DNA of 33,198 nt, taken from Octopus bimaculoides (lineage: Eukaryota). Below, one piece after another: positions 10,435-21,522 of this stretch; the stretch's first letter is position 1; each line of letters starts with the position of its first letter. The notes below the pieces were generated by a model. It had not been told where the DNA came from, ran no database searches, and was given only the letters and a program-made list of their open reading frames with translations. A program made the translations under genes and the position numbers. The DNA is taken from NCBI RefSeq assembly GCF_001194135.2, contig NC_068984.1:91302013-91335210 (forward strand). The letters are read 5' to 3'.

Positions 10435-11128
10435 CCTGAAAAGATTCACAGTTAGTAGTTTGTAACTTTATTCCTTTCCTGTGAGATCCATGGAAATTCC
10501 ACAGAATGAAAAAGACTAAGGGACGCGGTCAAACTAAAGCGTTTCACCCAAGCTCAAAAATAAAAAAAAAATTAGTGCAATAGGTGTAAAGCAATTTGCT
10601 GTGAACGAATATGAAGAGAAAAATGCACGCTCACGAACAGGGGTGGGTGGGGAGAGGACTGGGAACATTCACATTGTGAATGTTCTGAGACACCCACCAG
10701 AGCCAAGAAACAAAAGAAAAATACTGTAATAGATGTAAAACAGCTTCCTCTGAAAGAATATCAAGAACACACACACACACACACATATATACACACATAT
10801 ATATATATATATATACACATATATATATACATACATATATANNNNNNNNNNNNNNNNNNNNNNNNNNNNNNNNNNATGTATATATATATAAAGAAGACCA
10901 CTTCTAGAACATTAGCTGTCCCCCTTGTGGTCTCCTTTATATATACATATACAATAATCCTTTGAGATCTCAGATAATTTTTCTGAATCTCCTGATTCTT
11001 TCAATGTGCTAGTTCCATGGTATTAAATTGATAACAACAAACAAGATGAGGACGAATATCCGTCAATTGTAAATAATGTAAATAATCTCTTCTAACCTTT
11101 CTAATACCCAACCTGGATCTTTCCCCTG

Positions 11129-11478
11129 CTCTTACTCTTTTACTCTTTTACTTGTTTCAGTCATTTGACTGCAGCCATGCTGGAGCACCACCTTTAGTCG
11201 AGCAAATCGACCCCAGGACTTATTCTTTGGAAGCCTAGTACTTATTCTATCAGTCTCTTTTGCTGAACCACTAAGTTACGGGGATGTAAACACACCAGCA
11301 TCAGTTGTCAAGACACACAAACACTCATAATACATATATATATATACATATATACGACGGGCTTCTTTCAGTTTCCGTCTACCAAATCCACTCACAAGGC
11401 TTTAGTCGGCCTGAGGCTATAGTAGAAGACACCTGCCCAAGGTGCCACGCAGTGAGACTGAAACTGGAACCATGTGAT
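11129..11478 (-). mobile_element. SINE family A, well-preserved copy lacking the extreme 5' head
   Basis: (GAGTAAAA)n tail, core GTCCTGGGGTCGATTTGCTCGACTAA, internal (TA/CA) microsatellite. CpGs retained. Confidence 0.88.
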
Positions 11479-12169
11479 CCAGAACTTACTATGCTTCTTG
11501 GACGCAACCAATATCACTTCTATATTTTACCTTCACCACTAAAAACATTTACTGGATTCTATCACTGAATATTTATGTAATATTTACCTAAAGAACACCA
11601 TATCACCAGTTGGATACCTTTTCAACTCTCCTGTACATGCTATTTCTCATCTATCAGTCTCCGGTTTTATTTCACACTACATATCCCTTACTTCTTGCTA
11701 CCAAAAAGAACAATGCCTAATCTTCCACCTTGGCTGCTCTCCACCTTTGTGTATGAAAAGTGTGGCTAGGATAACATAACTACACTCCACCACCCCATGT
11801 TCCATCCTCTCACATTCATTCCATCATGGTATGCCACACTTTTACACACCCATCTCACAGACTGCACACGCACACTTTCCTATCCATCTATACATTTATA
11901 AACATTGAACACACCACAAATTACACTGACATATGGACATAACTTCCCACTTCATGTGCATGCACCCACAAACACACTGACATACATACCATCTTACCCT
12001 GAACCTACAAACATATCTCTAACTTACCACCCCCTCACACATTGCTCTATATCATAAGACACTACACAAATATTGGTATCCCTCTTTTATCACACATATC
12101 CCATGTATTTATGCACATGCACAACTACTGGTATTGTGAGCTCCCCACTACTTCTCTCAATTTCCCTCC

Positions 12170-12330
12170 CTCGCTACTTCTCACCCTCCACTTTTCTTTT
12201 TCTCTTCCTTGTCCCACTCACCCTCTCTCTTTTTACTTTCTCTCCCCTCTCTCTCTCTCTCTCCCTCCCTCTCCCTCTCCCTCTCTCTCCCCCTCTCTCT
12301 CTCTCTCTCTCTTGCTCCATCACTCTTTCT
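12170..12330. repeat. (CT)n / pyrimidine-rich tract
   Basis: Directly visible; source of the R/E-rich spurious ORFs. Confidence 0.9.
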
Positions 12331-12696
12331 CGATTTAAAACCACTGTGACCCAGATTGTGCCTCCACTTCTGGTTCTCCTTTTCCATTTCCCAGCTTTCA
12401 TACCATCTGAGACCTGTCTTCTGGACAAACATCATATTTGGTATCGTAAATTTTTTTGATTCTCTTACCTCTCAGTTCATTTTCCTATGCTTCTTTTTGT
12501 ATTCTGCTTGATGACAGGTATCATCTGAAACATCAGAATTTCTTCTATTTACTCCTTTAGCATGTTAAGCTTCACTGTACACATCTTTGTTGTTTTCTCA
12601 CTTTGTGTTTCTACACTTTTCAGCTATGTGCTTTGGTTGCCTGATTCTATGCAGCATTTTTATTTGTTTCCTCCTTGCCTCAAATTGTACTCATGT

Positions 12697-14270
12697 TATC
12701 ATCATCATTATCATCATCAGTTAACGTGCTGGCATATGTTGGATGGTTTGACAGGAGCTGGCCAGCAGGAGAGTGGTCCAGGCTCCATTTGTCTGTTATG
12801 GCATGGTTTCTATGCCTGGATGCCTTTCCTTCCACCAATCACTTTACAGAGTGTGCTGGGTACTTTATATGTGGCACTGGCATGAGTACTTTTTATGTAG
12901 GTAGATTCCTGTCCATTTTCCTTCTTACTAGAACTTTGTCTTTGCTAAGTTAACTTTAAGGCCCTTTGATTCCACATCTAGAATGCCTTTCCTAATTCTG
13001 TTACAGAGTGAGATCATTAGTATGTTGTAGTTCCCAAGTTCAGCTGGTCTTAAATTCTTCTGTTATGGCCTGGAAGACAGTGATGAATAGAAGGGGACAG
13101 AGAACTGAACTCTAGTGAACTCTTATCTGTACTCTAAATTAAATGCTGTACACATGCTAAAAGTACTTACTTTTAATTGATATTTCTCTTGCATTGTTTT
13201 ATTTAGAAGATGGCATTAGTACTACTTCTCCCTGGCACAAAACCAAACTGCATCTCATCTATTCTAACTCTTTTCTTAATTATTTGAGCTGTAACTTGCT
13301 TCATAATTTTCATGATCTGGTCCAACCATTTGATAGTAATTATTTCTATTGAAGGCATCTTCTTTACACTTGTTACAGCTGACTATAATGCTGCTACACC
13401 ACTCATTAGGTATAATACTTTCCTGTACAACCTGATTGACTTTATATGTGATTTGGCCATATTCTACCCCGCTAAGTATTTTAAGCATCTCTGTGGTAAT
13501 TTCTGAGGTACTAGGGGCTTCCCTATCTTCATATCCTTAATTGCCTGTCAATCCCTGTTTTGGTTCCACAATGGAAAGACTCTCTTTCTCCTAGACATTT
13601 TCCATGTTTAATAGCCTCTTCTAGTAGCACTTCCATGCTTCTGTCTTTTCAGAATCACTAAGTGCAAGTGCTTCATTATCTATCTATTCTTTTCACCCAC
13701 AACAACTTCATTTTCTCTGATACACTGTCTTGCAATCTGGAACACCTCACATTTGTAATCTTCATGTTGTAGAGCATAAGTAAATTTCCTCCTTTCTAAT
13801 TCCCTCTTTGCTATGTAAACCTGTCGCCTAGCTTCACTTCTTGCTACCTGCTATATTTCTCTACTACTCTCATTTCTTCCACTTGCAGGCCTGTCGTTTC
13901 ACTTTTATAGCTTAATTTACTTCACTGTTCCACTATTACATCACCCTTGGTCTGATCACCCTTGTTCCAGTTACAGATTTGGTCTGGAACTCTCAGGACA
14001 ACTGGAAGATCTGTGCAAACATCCAGTTGTCCTCTGCATTCTGTGTCTCTAACTTTTTGCCAAATACTTAAATTAGTATGTCTCTAACTTTCTTACTGTT
14101 TGCTGGGCCTTTGAGCTTCTGTATCTTTCTTTTCCAGCTCTAAGTCTGGAGTCATTAACCACTAACCTATGTAACGTAGAACATTCTTTGCATTTACAAG
14201 CATCTGTCTTGCCCTGTTTTCTAGTGAGAATGTAGTCAGTTTGGTTTGTGTGCCCACCAGCTGTTACGTG
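12697..14270 (-). mobile_element. Second, more degraded and internally deleted copy of the RTE LINE
   Basis: (ATG)n tail and 3' UTR at 12697-12900; RT pieces collinear with 1030-1900 (IIPNEWCSSIIVSCNKCKEDA); endonuclease piece QTDYILTRKQ...HRLVVND at ~14150-14270. Confidence 0.8.
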
Positions 14271-15344
14271 GTAGCAGGACATGCTAGAAATAGCAGCATA
14301 ATCTTTCCTTTTCTGGAGAAAGGAGCCGTTTGCACGTGATTTTGATGTCACATTCGTTGAAAGCATGCAAAATAACCTGGAAAAGACAAACAGACCCACG
14401 AAACAAAATTCCCTTTTTCCTGAAAAAAGTGGCTTGCAGCAGGTTTGGAGGTTAGATACATTGAATGCATCCCAAAAAAACTGAGCAAAAAAGTTATTCC
14501 ACACCGAGGTACAAAATATTTACCGAAAGAATAAAATCTTGTACCGATTATACCTGTATTTTAATTAATTCGAATTAATGTACCTCATCTTGAAAAGTGG
14601 CAAAATCTTTGTTGGTTGCCATTTGGGATAATTTTAGTAACAAATCAAACAAGTAAGATGCATTAAAAATTTCAATTTTAGTGTTTATCCATAATGTTAT
14701 TGCTTTTACACCTGTTAATTAAATTTACCTGCCCATAAGATGAGCTAAAATTACATAACTATAAACCAGTGGTATATAAAGCACCCACTGACAAAATTTC
14801 AAATCTGCATGTAAAAAATTTACAAAGTTACGAGCAAGTATCTTGAACCTGAATAATTCAAAATAACGTGAACAAATAAGTAAAACATTTGATAGATTAA
14901 TATGAACACTAAAGATGTTTTTAGGTGTTTTTTTCCTTACACACATAACATAGCCTTGCTCGGTTGGAACTACATGTGTTACTTTGACATCATCATTCCA
15001 TAAAATTTGTTTATGGAGAGAAAAATATTGAGAAATATCAATAGATGTGTGAGTGAGAAAGAAACGAGGAGGGAGGTTTTGGGACGTGCTAGAAACAACA
15101 GCTAGATCTCCCTTAAATCACACATTTTCCTCTGAAATTATTAACAATTTTTTTTTAAACTGAAAATGGCCAAAACCATTTCAGACTGGGGTCGTGAGGG
15201 GGTTGCAGGAGTGAAAGAAAATTTTCAAAGTTTTTTTTTTTTATGGAAAGATGCCTCCCATCATTCTGAAGACTTTGGTGAAAAACATTGGAAAAAATCT
15301 CTGTCAAAATGGAGAAATTCCAATTTATGTGGGCCATCTGATCC

Positions 15345-15645
15345 AAAACTCTGTTTTCCAGAAACTCCCCCCCCCCTTCCAAACATTTTGTCAACAAATT
15401 TCCTTGTAATCGTAATCTACACTGTTTGAAAGGTATCTGTATAAAATTTCATTAAAAAATACCTATTTTCCAGGAAGTTATAAAGGGGAAAATGTCGGGT
15501 CCTGTTAATTTTCCAAAACTCCTCTCCCCAACCCCTCGGAAAATATTTTCCCAACAAATCTTTAGACACACTCAATCTACAGGATATAAGCAATTATTTG
15601 GTGAAAGTTTCATTAAAAAGTATCCAGTTTTTTCTGGAAGTTATG
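15345..15645. repeat. Diverged ~160-bp tandem dimer inside an unclassified repeat
   Basis: CCAAAACTC, AATCTACA and AAA/GTTTCATTAAAAA...GGAAGTTAT each recur ~160 bp apart. Confidence 0.55.
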
Positions 15646-15919
15646 AGGCAACAAAGTTGGCAGGGTATTGAACTGTAGTTATACCTTTTTTCAATAAAAT
15701 TTAACGTTAAAGAATTGATGTTAACTTCTGTTGCATTTTCAAAGAATTAACAGATTAACGATTAACAATGTTAACTTTTCGATTAACGGTGCCCTTCTCT
15801 GCATATACACATATATACACATACACTTACACAAACATATGTGTATATATAGATACATATATACATATATTTAGACACACACACAGGTACACTAAGACAT
15901 ACACACATGCACTTTGATA

Positions 15920-16626
15920 TAGCTAAGCACCAAATGCCAGATCGAAAATCAATCAGAGTGATTTAGAATAATATTGGGCAAACAGAAAGTCATGTTGCAA
16001 AAAAGCTGGTGGGCTGTATATACATTAGCTATTAGTGACAGAAACAGCCTTTGTAATAAATATTAATTAGTACATTTTGGTCTGGCATTAGGGGCTTGGC
16101 TAGTTGCTGACGATGATCTGCAATACAGTGAAATCATGTGATTCAGTTGTGCCATTCACCAGTGCTGATGAAATTCTGTCAACTGATAGAATTTTGATGC
16201 TTCGTAGCATTTGTCATCTACACAATGATTTTTCAGGACATTCACCGCAGTTATAATGTTATAGACAAGACATCCAAGTTATGTTAGATGTGTTAATTAA
16301 TATTTGTTACAAAAGCTGCTTCTTTCACAAATAGTTAATTTTATACACAGCCTGCAAGCTTTTTGTGACACTACTGGCTGTTTGGCCAATATTATTCTGT
16401 ATCGGCTTGACTGATTTTTGATCACTGATAATTTACTATAATACACTGTATCATGTAATACATCTGCCATCCACTGGTTGTGACAAAATTTTGTCAACCA
16501 ATAGAATTTCAATGCTTCTTAGCATTTGTTATTGATACAAAACGACTTTTGGGGAATGTTCACCCTAGTCTACTAGGGCAGTATTAACAACACATCCAAG
16601 TTATGTTGGATGTGCTAGTTAATATT
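15920..16626 (+). mobile_element. Tandem-plus-inverted ~320-345 nt repeat with hammerhead remnants (retrozyme or PLE pseudo-LTR-like)
   Basis: Direct repeat B at 16107-16304 and 16425-16626. Segment A at 15940-16069 is inverted at 16294-16423. Short IR at 15920-15949 and 16074-16102. Each B starts with CTGA(C/T)(G/A)A. Confidence 0.55.
16102..16148 (+). ncRNA. Hammerhead-like motif with short, weak stem II
   Basis: AGUUG-CUGACGA-UGAUCUGCAAUACAGU-GAAA-UCAUGUG-AUU/CAGUU. Stem III AUCAUGUGAU is one CpG-type change from a perfect palindrome. No 10.1-11.1 pair. Confidence 0.45.
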
Positions 16627-16647
16627 ATATATATGTGTATGTAAATA

Positions 16648-17004
16648 GCACCATTTGAGCGTGATCGTTACGATTGTCTCCTTCCTGGCACTTGTGCCAG
16701 TGGCACGTGAAAAGACATTCGAGCGAGGTCGTTGCCAGTGCCACTGGACTGGCTCCTGTGCAGGTGGCACATAAAATACACCATATTGAGTGTGGCCGTT
16801 GCCAGTACCACCTGACTGGCCTTTGTGCCAGTGGCACGTAAAAGCACCCACTACACTCTCAGAGTGGTTGGCGTTAGGAAGGGCATCCAGCTGTAGAAAC
16901 TCTGCCAAATCAGATTGGAGCCTAGTGTAGCCATCTGGTTCACCAGTCCTCAGTCAAATTGTCCAACCCATGCTAGCATGGAAAGCGGACGTTAAATGAT
17001 AATG
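16648..17004 (+). mobile_element. RTE 3' UTR/tail with three tandem ~65-bp units
   Basis: GTGCCAGTGGCAC-type hairpin at 16694, 16758 and 16825, then TTGGCGTTAGGAAGGGCATCCAG...GCATGGAAAGCGGACGTTAAATGAT. Confidence 0.85.
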
Positions 17005-17092
17005 NNNNNNNNNNNNNNNNNNNNNNNNNNNNNNNNNNNNNNNNNNNNNNNNNNNNNNNNNNNNNNNNNNNNNNNNNNNNNNNNNNNNNNNN

Positions 17093-17141
<49 letters not shown>

Positions 17142-17330
17142 GCATATATACACATGTACATATATGCATAAATATGTATATACTTTTACATATAAACATG
17201 AATATCTATATCTATCTGTCTGTCTGTCAAATTTGAGTACATGCTTTCTTATAACCAACACAACTGTAAGCCAATGAATATGATTATGTAACTCCTGTTC
17301 TTTTATCATTCATTTAGTAATTAATATATA

Positions 17331-18292
17331 CAAGGGTTGGACAAAATAATGGAAACACCTAGCATCATAGCATCATAATTTTGAAATATCTATAAAACCA
17401 TCTAAAGCTTTTTTATTTTTATGTTTTTTGATTTATTATTAGTGTTGCTTAGTATGCTTTGCTAAAATTGCTGTTTCTTTTCAGATATCATCAGAAAAGG
17501 GTAATTAAAATTCACTAAAATGACAGATCTATCAGACTTTCAAAGAGGTCAAATTGTTGGTGCTTGTAGGGCAGGCACTAGTGTAATGAAAACAGCTGAA
17601 ATGTTTGGTATATCAAGAAGTACTTTCTCAAAAGTAACGACAGCTTTTGAGACAGAGGGAAAAACCTCCTTGTTGAAACAAAACTCTGGAAGAAAACCAA
17701 AACTTTCAGATAGGGACCGTTAGACTTTTACACAAATTGTTAGAAAGGATCACAAAATTACTGCAGAGCTTAATGCGCACCTCGGGAACCCAGTTTCCAC
17801 AAAAACTGTTTGCCGGGAGCTGCACAAAGCTGGATTTCACGGGAGGGCTACAATCAGAAAACCACTACTTTCAAAGACAAACGTTGCAAAGCATTTAGAG
17901 TGGAGTAAAAACCTACAGAATTGGTCCCTAGAGCAGTGGAAGAATGTTATTTTCTCGGATGAGTTATCCTTTACCTTCTTTCCAACCACCGGCTGAGTAT
18001 ATGTGTAGAGATAGCCAAAAGAAGCACTTGACCCAGACTGCCTTCTTCCAACTGTTAAAAATGGAGGAGGATCTGTGATGATCTGGGGGGCTATAACTTG
18101 GAAATTAGCCAGCCCAATGGTTTCCCTTATTAGCAAAATTAATAGTCAAGACTATTTAAGCATTTTATCTGATCAAATTCATCCTATAGTTGCGGAACTG
18201 TTTCTGGAGGGAAACGCAATCTTTCAGGATGATAATGAACCAATCCAAACTTTGTACAAGACCATACCTCATAGAATTCAAGCTGTAATTAC
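17331..18292 (+). mobile_element. Tc1-family DNA transposon (right end lost in N gap)
   Basis: TA followed by TIR CAAGGGTTGGACAAAATAATGGAAACACC; Tc1-type transposase follows. Confidence 0.9.
17520..18292 (+). pseudogene. Tc1-like transposase pseudogene (in-frame stops, C-terminal deletion)
   Basis: One frame gives MTDLSDFQRGQIVG...SGRKPKLS, KPLLS, WKNVIFSDE, TVKNGGGSVMIWG and IFQDDN. It then jumps to LYKTIPHRIQAVI, deleting the segment expected to hold the catalytic E. Confidence 0.9.
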
Positions 18293-18571
18293 NNNNNNNN
18301 NNNNNNNNNNNNNNNNNNNNNNNNNNNNNNNNNNNNNNNNNNNNNNNNNNNNNNNNNNNNNNNNNNNNNNNNNNNNNNNNNNNNNNNNNNNNNNNNNNNN
18401 NNNNNNNNNNNNNNNNNNNNNNNNNNNNNNNNNNNNNNNNNNNNNNNNNNNNNNNNNNNNNNNNNNNNNNNNNNNNNNNNNNNNNNNNNNNNNNNNNATA
18501 TATATATATATATATAAAGTAAAAAATAAAAGAGTCAAAAGGAAGAGTAAGTCCGGTTAGGCAGCTTTTTA

Positions 18572-18693
18572 ATCACTACAAATGTTTCAATACATACAGA
18601 TCCTCGTATATACAGGATTTAAAGTTAAGTTTAAATTAAATTATGTAATGATTTACCTGTATAAGAAGATCTATATGTATCACCTCAGGTGAT
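18572..18693 (-). ncRNA. Hammerhead motif, mutated sister copy
   Basis: AUCAC-CUGAGGU-GAUACAUAUAGAUCUU...AGGAUCUGUAUGUAUU-GAAA-C-AUUU-GUA/GUGAU. A9U and C11.1U changes. Confidence 0.65.
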
Positions 18694-19044
18694 ACTCAGT
18701 TGCTGTCTCCGTAAGTAAATCTAGATTTCCATGCTACAACATCCATGGCTTCTTAATTGAAACTAACAAACGCTGACAGTTTCAATTTGCTCAGTATGAG
18801 TGTGTTATCACGTTTGACATGAGCTGCAATGTGCACATTGTCTGTTTATTTATTCAGTTTCAACATGTTATTCTGCACATGCCAAACTACCATTACGCAA
18901 AATACATTCATCCATTAGCTCATACTTATACAATCACTTACACACTGATATACCATACATCACTGAGTGCTTCCATACATGCACACATACACACACACAT
19001 AAAAGACATCCCAATTCCATCCAAAAATGGATGGCAACTGAGTT

Positions 19045-19164
19045 TCACCTGAGGAGATACATATAGATCTTTTTATACAGGTAAATCATTACATAATTTA
19101 ATTTAAACTTAACTTTAAATCCTGTATATACGAGGATCTGTATGTATCGAAACATTTGTAGTGA
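19045..19164 (+). ncRNA. Minimal type-I hammerhead ribozyme motif, intact core, 93-nt stem II
   Basis: UCAC-CUGAGGA-GAUACAUAUAGAUCUU...AGGAUCUGUAUGUAUC-GAAA-C-AUUU-GUA/GUGA. 16-bp stem II base (2 G.U) plus UAUACAGG:CCUGUAUA. Predicted cut after 19160. Confidence 0.82.
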
Positions 19165-19584
19165 TTAAAAAGCTGCCTAACCGTACTTACTTTTCCTTTT
19201 GACTCTTTTACTTTTTACTTTTTATTTTCACACACGAGGAATACCTAAGACTAGAATTGGTAGCATGCCATAAGAATACTACTGGCTATTTGGGAATTCT
19301 AAAGGTGAACAAGCTCTATTTGTACTCTTATATGTTCTTAACAGAACACACCTCAACTGACTATATATATATATATATATATATATATGGAATATATACA
19401 TCTGAAAGTGTGATATGTAATCAAATTTTAGCACTCAGTAGTCACTTCCACATTCCACTCCTGTATTCTAAATGGTTAAACAAATGGCATTAAAACATGG
19501 GTTGAGCTAGTGTGCAGAATGTGAACCACATAATAGAATTAACTAAAAGAATACAGAAAATGTATTTGGTATTTTAAGCTTTAT

Positions 19585-19656
19585 AAAACATACACGTTCT
19601 TTCAGCAACTGACAAGTTTACACAATAATCCTATCGATTTACCTCATCAGTGTTTT
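19585..19656 (-). ncRNA. Hammerhead motif with damaged stem III
   Basis: AAAACA-CUGAUGA-GGUAAAUCGAUA...UGUCAGUUGCU-GAAA-GAACGU-GUA/UGUUUU. 6-bp stem I; stem III looks like a damaged ACACGUGU palindrome. Confidence 0.6.
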
Positions 19657-20033
19657 GGTAAAATAGACAAAGTATAGCAGTAAGTTTGCTCATTCTGTAT
19701 TCCCATTATGCTAATAACCTATAACTTCACTGTAGTAGCAGAATACAGGGTAACAGAATGCAAATTAGTAGGAGGGAGTAAATAAAATATAGAAATATCA
19801 ATATGATGAGGGTAGTTGAAGCCATACCTTGTCTTATATATTTAAGCAGATACAGATACACACTTGTACACACAACTGTTCACATGTAAACACAATAGAA
19901 AGAAAAGAGGGAAAAGCGATAACCCTGGGGCAATGTAGCCTCAATGGTGAGGGCAACAACAGCAGCAACAACAATAATAATATCACCTGCAACAATAATT
20001 ACTATAGTAGTAGCAAAGATGTCAACTAAAATA

Positions 20034-20147
20034 CAAACAGCCACTGTCGTATATGACAATTGAAGGGTTTCAGTGATCACATCCTTTGATGGGTTTATAA
20101 TACCAGCTTTGGATAACCTGCTTTCAGTTAGACAGAGTGGCTGTTTG
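20034..20147. mobile_element. 114-bp mini-MITE / hairpin (Tc1/mariner-type ends)
   Basis: TA-CAAACAGCCACT...AGTGGCTGTTTG-TA: perfect 12-bp TIR with TA on both sides; further imperfect internal pairing. Confidence 0.55.
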
Positions 20148-20892
20148 TAAAAATTTCCATAATCTGTAGTGAGTGACATATAGTGTACCGTTCACCCACA
20201 CCCACATTCTTTTACTTACATATATCCACTTATCCCTGCATACCATTACCTACTCCACCCATGCATACACAGCCAGACAGAGACAACCACACAGAGAGGT
20301 GTGCATGCACAAACACACACGTTCTTCAATGCACCAATGCACATGTATCAATACATATACTCATCCACAAATTCCCTCCTTACTAGCATACTGTACTACA
20401 ACCAAACTTTTTAAGCTCTGGTACTCTTTCTACTCTATCTTTATGTAAGTTCATGAGGTCCAGTTAGTTTATTGGCCAACATGGTCCACAGTTGTAGGAG
20501 ATGCACGTTGCACTCCACAGAAGGGTGTATTATTATGTGCAATCCAGATTATTGTTCCAGTTATTGTACAGCCTTGATTGGATAATGTTCAGGTTGCTGG
20601 GTGTATTAAGTTACCCTTTGTCACACACTTTGTTCCTAATACTGTTATAATCTAGTACTCCGTAAAAATGTTGCAGATACAAGCATAGCCAGGGTATATA
20701 TATAGGCGGATAGGATGAGAAAGGGGTTTGTGCAGAGATATACAAACTGGAGCATTTCAGGTGACTCAATAAGATTATGTAATCTCACTTAACTAGTGTC
20801 TAATGTTACCAGTTGATTTACCAAAACATATATGTCTTAAACATGTAATTTAAAATACTAAATACTTTTTCAGTACATACACACACACAGAG

Positions 20893-21292
20893 GCAGAGGT
20901 GTGACTGCATGGTAAGAAGTTTCCTTCCCAACAATGTGGTTCTGGGTTCAGTCCCACTGGGTAGCATCTTGGGCAAGTGTCTTCTACTATAGTCAGAGGC
21001 TAACTAAATCCTTGTGAGTGGATTTTGTAGATGGAAACTGAAAGAAGCCTGTCATGTGTGTGTGTGTGTGTGTGTATTTATGTGTGTGTGTCTTTGTGTC
21101 TGTGTTTGTCCCTTCACCATCACTTGACAACCAATTTTGGCATATTTATATTCCTGTAACATTGTGGTTTGGCAAAAGTGACTGATGGAATAAGTACTAG
21201 GCTTACAAAGAATAAGTCCTGGAGTTTATTTGTTTGACTAAATGCCTTTAATGTGGTGCTCCAGCATGGCTGTAGTCAAATAACTGAAACAT
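20893..21292 (+). mobile_element. SINE family A, full-length older copy
   Basis: tRNA-like head with B-box-like GGTTCAGTCCC, internal (GT)n, core GAATAAGTCCTGGAG, 3' CTCCAGCATGGCTGTAGTCAAATAACTGAAAC. Confidence 0.88.
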
Positions 21293-21522
21293 NNNNNNNN
21301 NNNNNNNNNNNNNATGTATATATTAATATTATCTCAGTTTAAAAAAACCTTTGACAATGTAAATATGTTAATAGTTACCATGGGTAGCAAAAATTACACA
21401 AAAAACCAGGATATCACACCTGTTTTATAGGTAGAGATACCAAGTTGAAGTGATACATTTTGAGTAGATATGAATGATAACAATAAATGGAGCAAAACGC
21501 ATATAAATAAAAGTTCCTTTAA

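Larger units (their letters stand above)
18516..19221. mobile_element. Foldback element with ~193-bp near-identical inverted arms; probable inverted PLE pseudo-LTR pair
   Basis: Arms 18516-18708 and 19029-19221 are reverse complements with few mismatches, around a ~320-bp spacer. Each arm holds an outward-facing hammerhead. Confidence 0.8.

Noticed and set aside
17473-17494. CUGAUGA...GAAAC on the minus strand in the Tc1 5' region
   Set aside because: The 10-nt spacer cannot form stem II and no stem I closes the motif.
19880-20179. 99-aa ORF with a hydrophobic stretch
   Set aside because: The hydrophobic part is the reverse strand of an AAC/AAT trinucleotide run, and the rest overlaps the mini-MITE. 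No recognisable domain.
20450-20870. Unique-looking sequence tested as a possible host exon
   Set aside because: No open frame with convincing splice sites or a recognisable peptide on either strand. Short exons cannot be excluded without RNA data.
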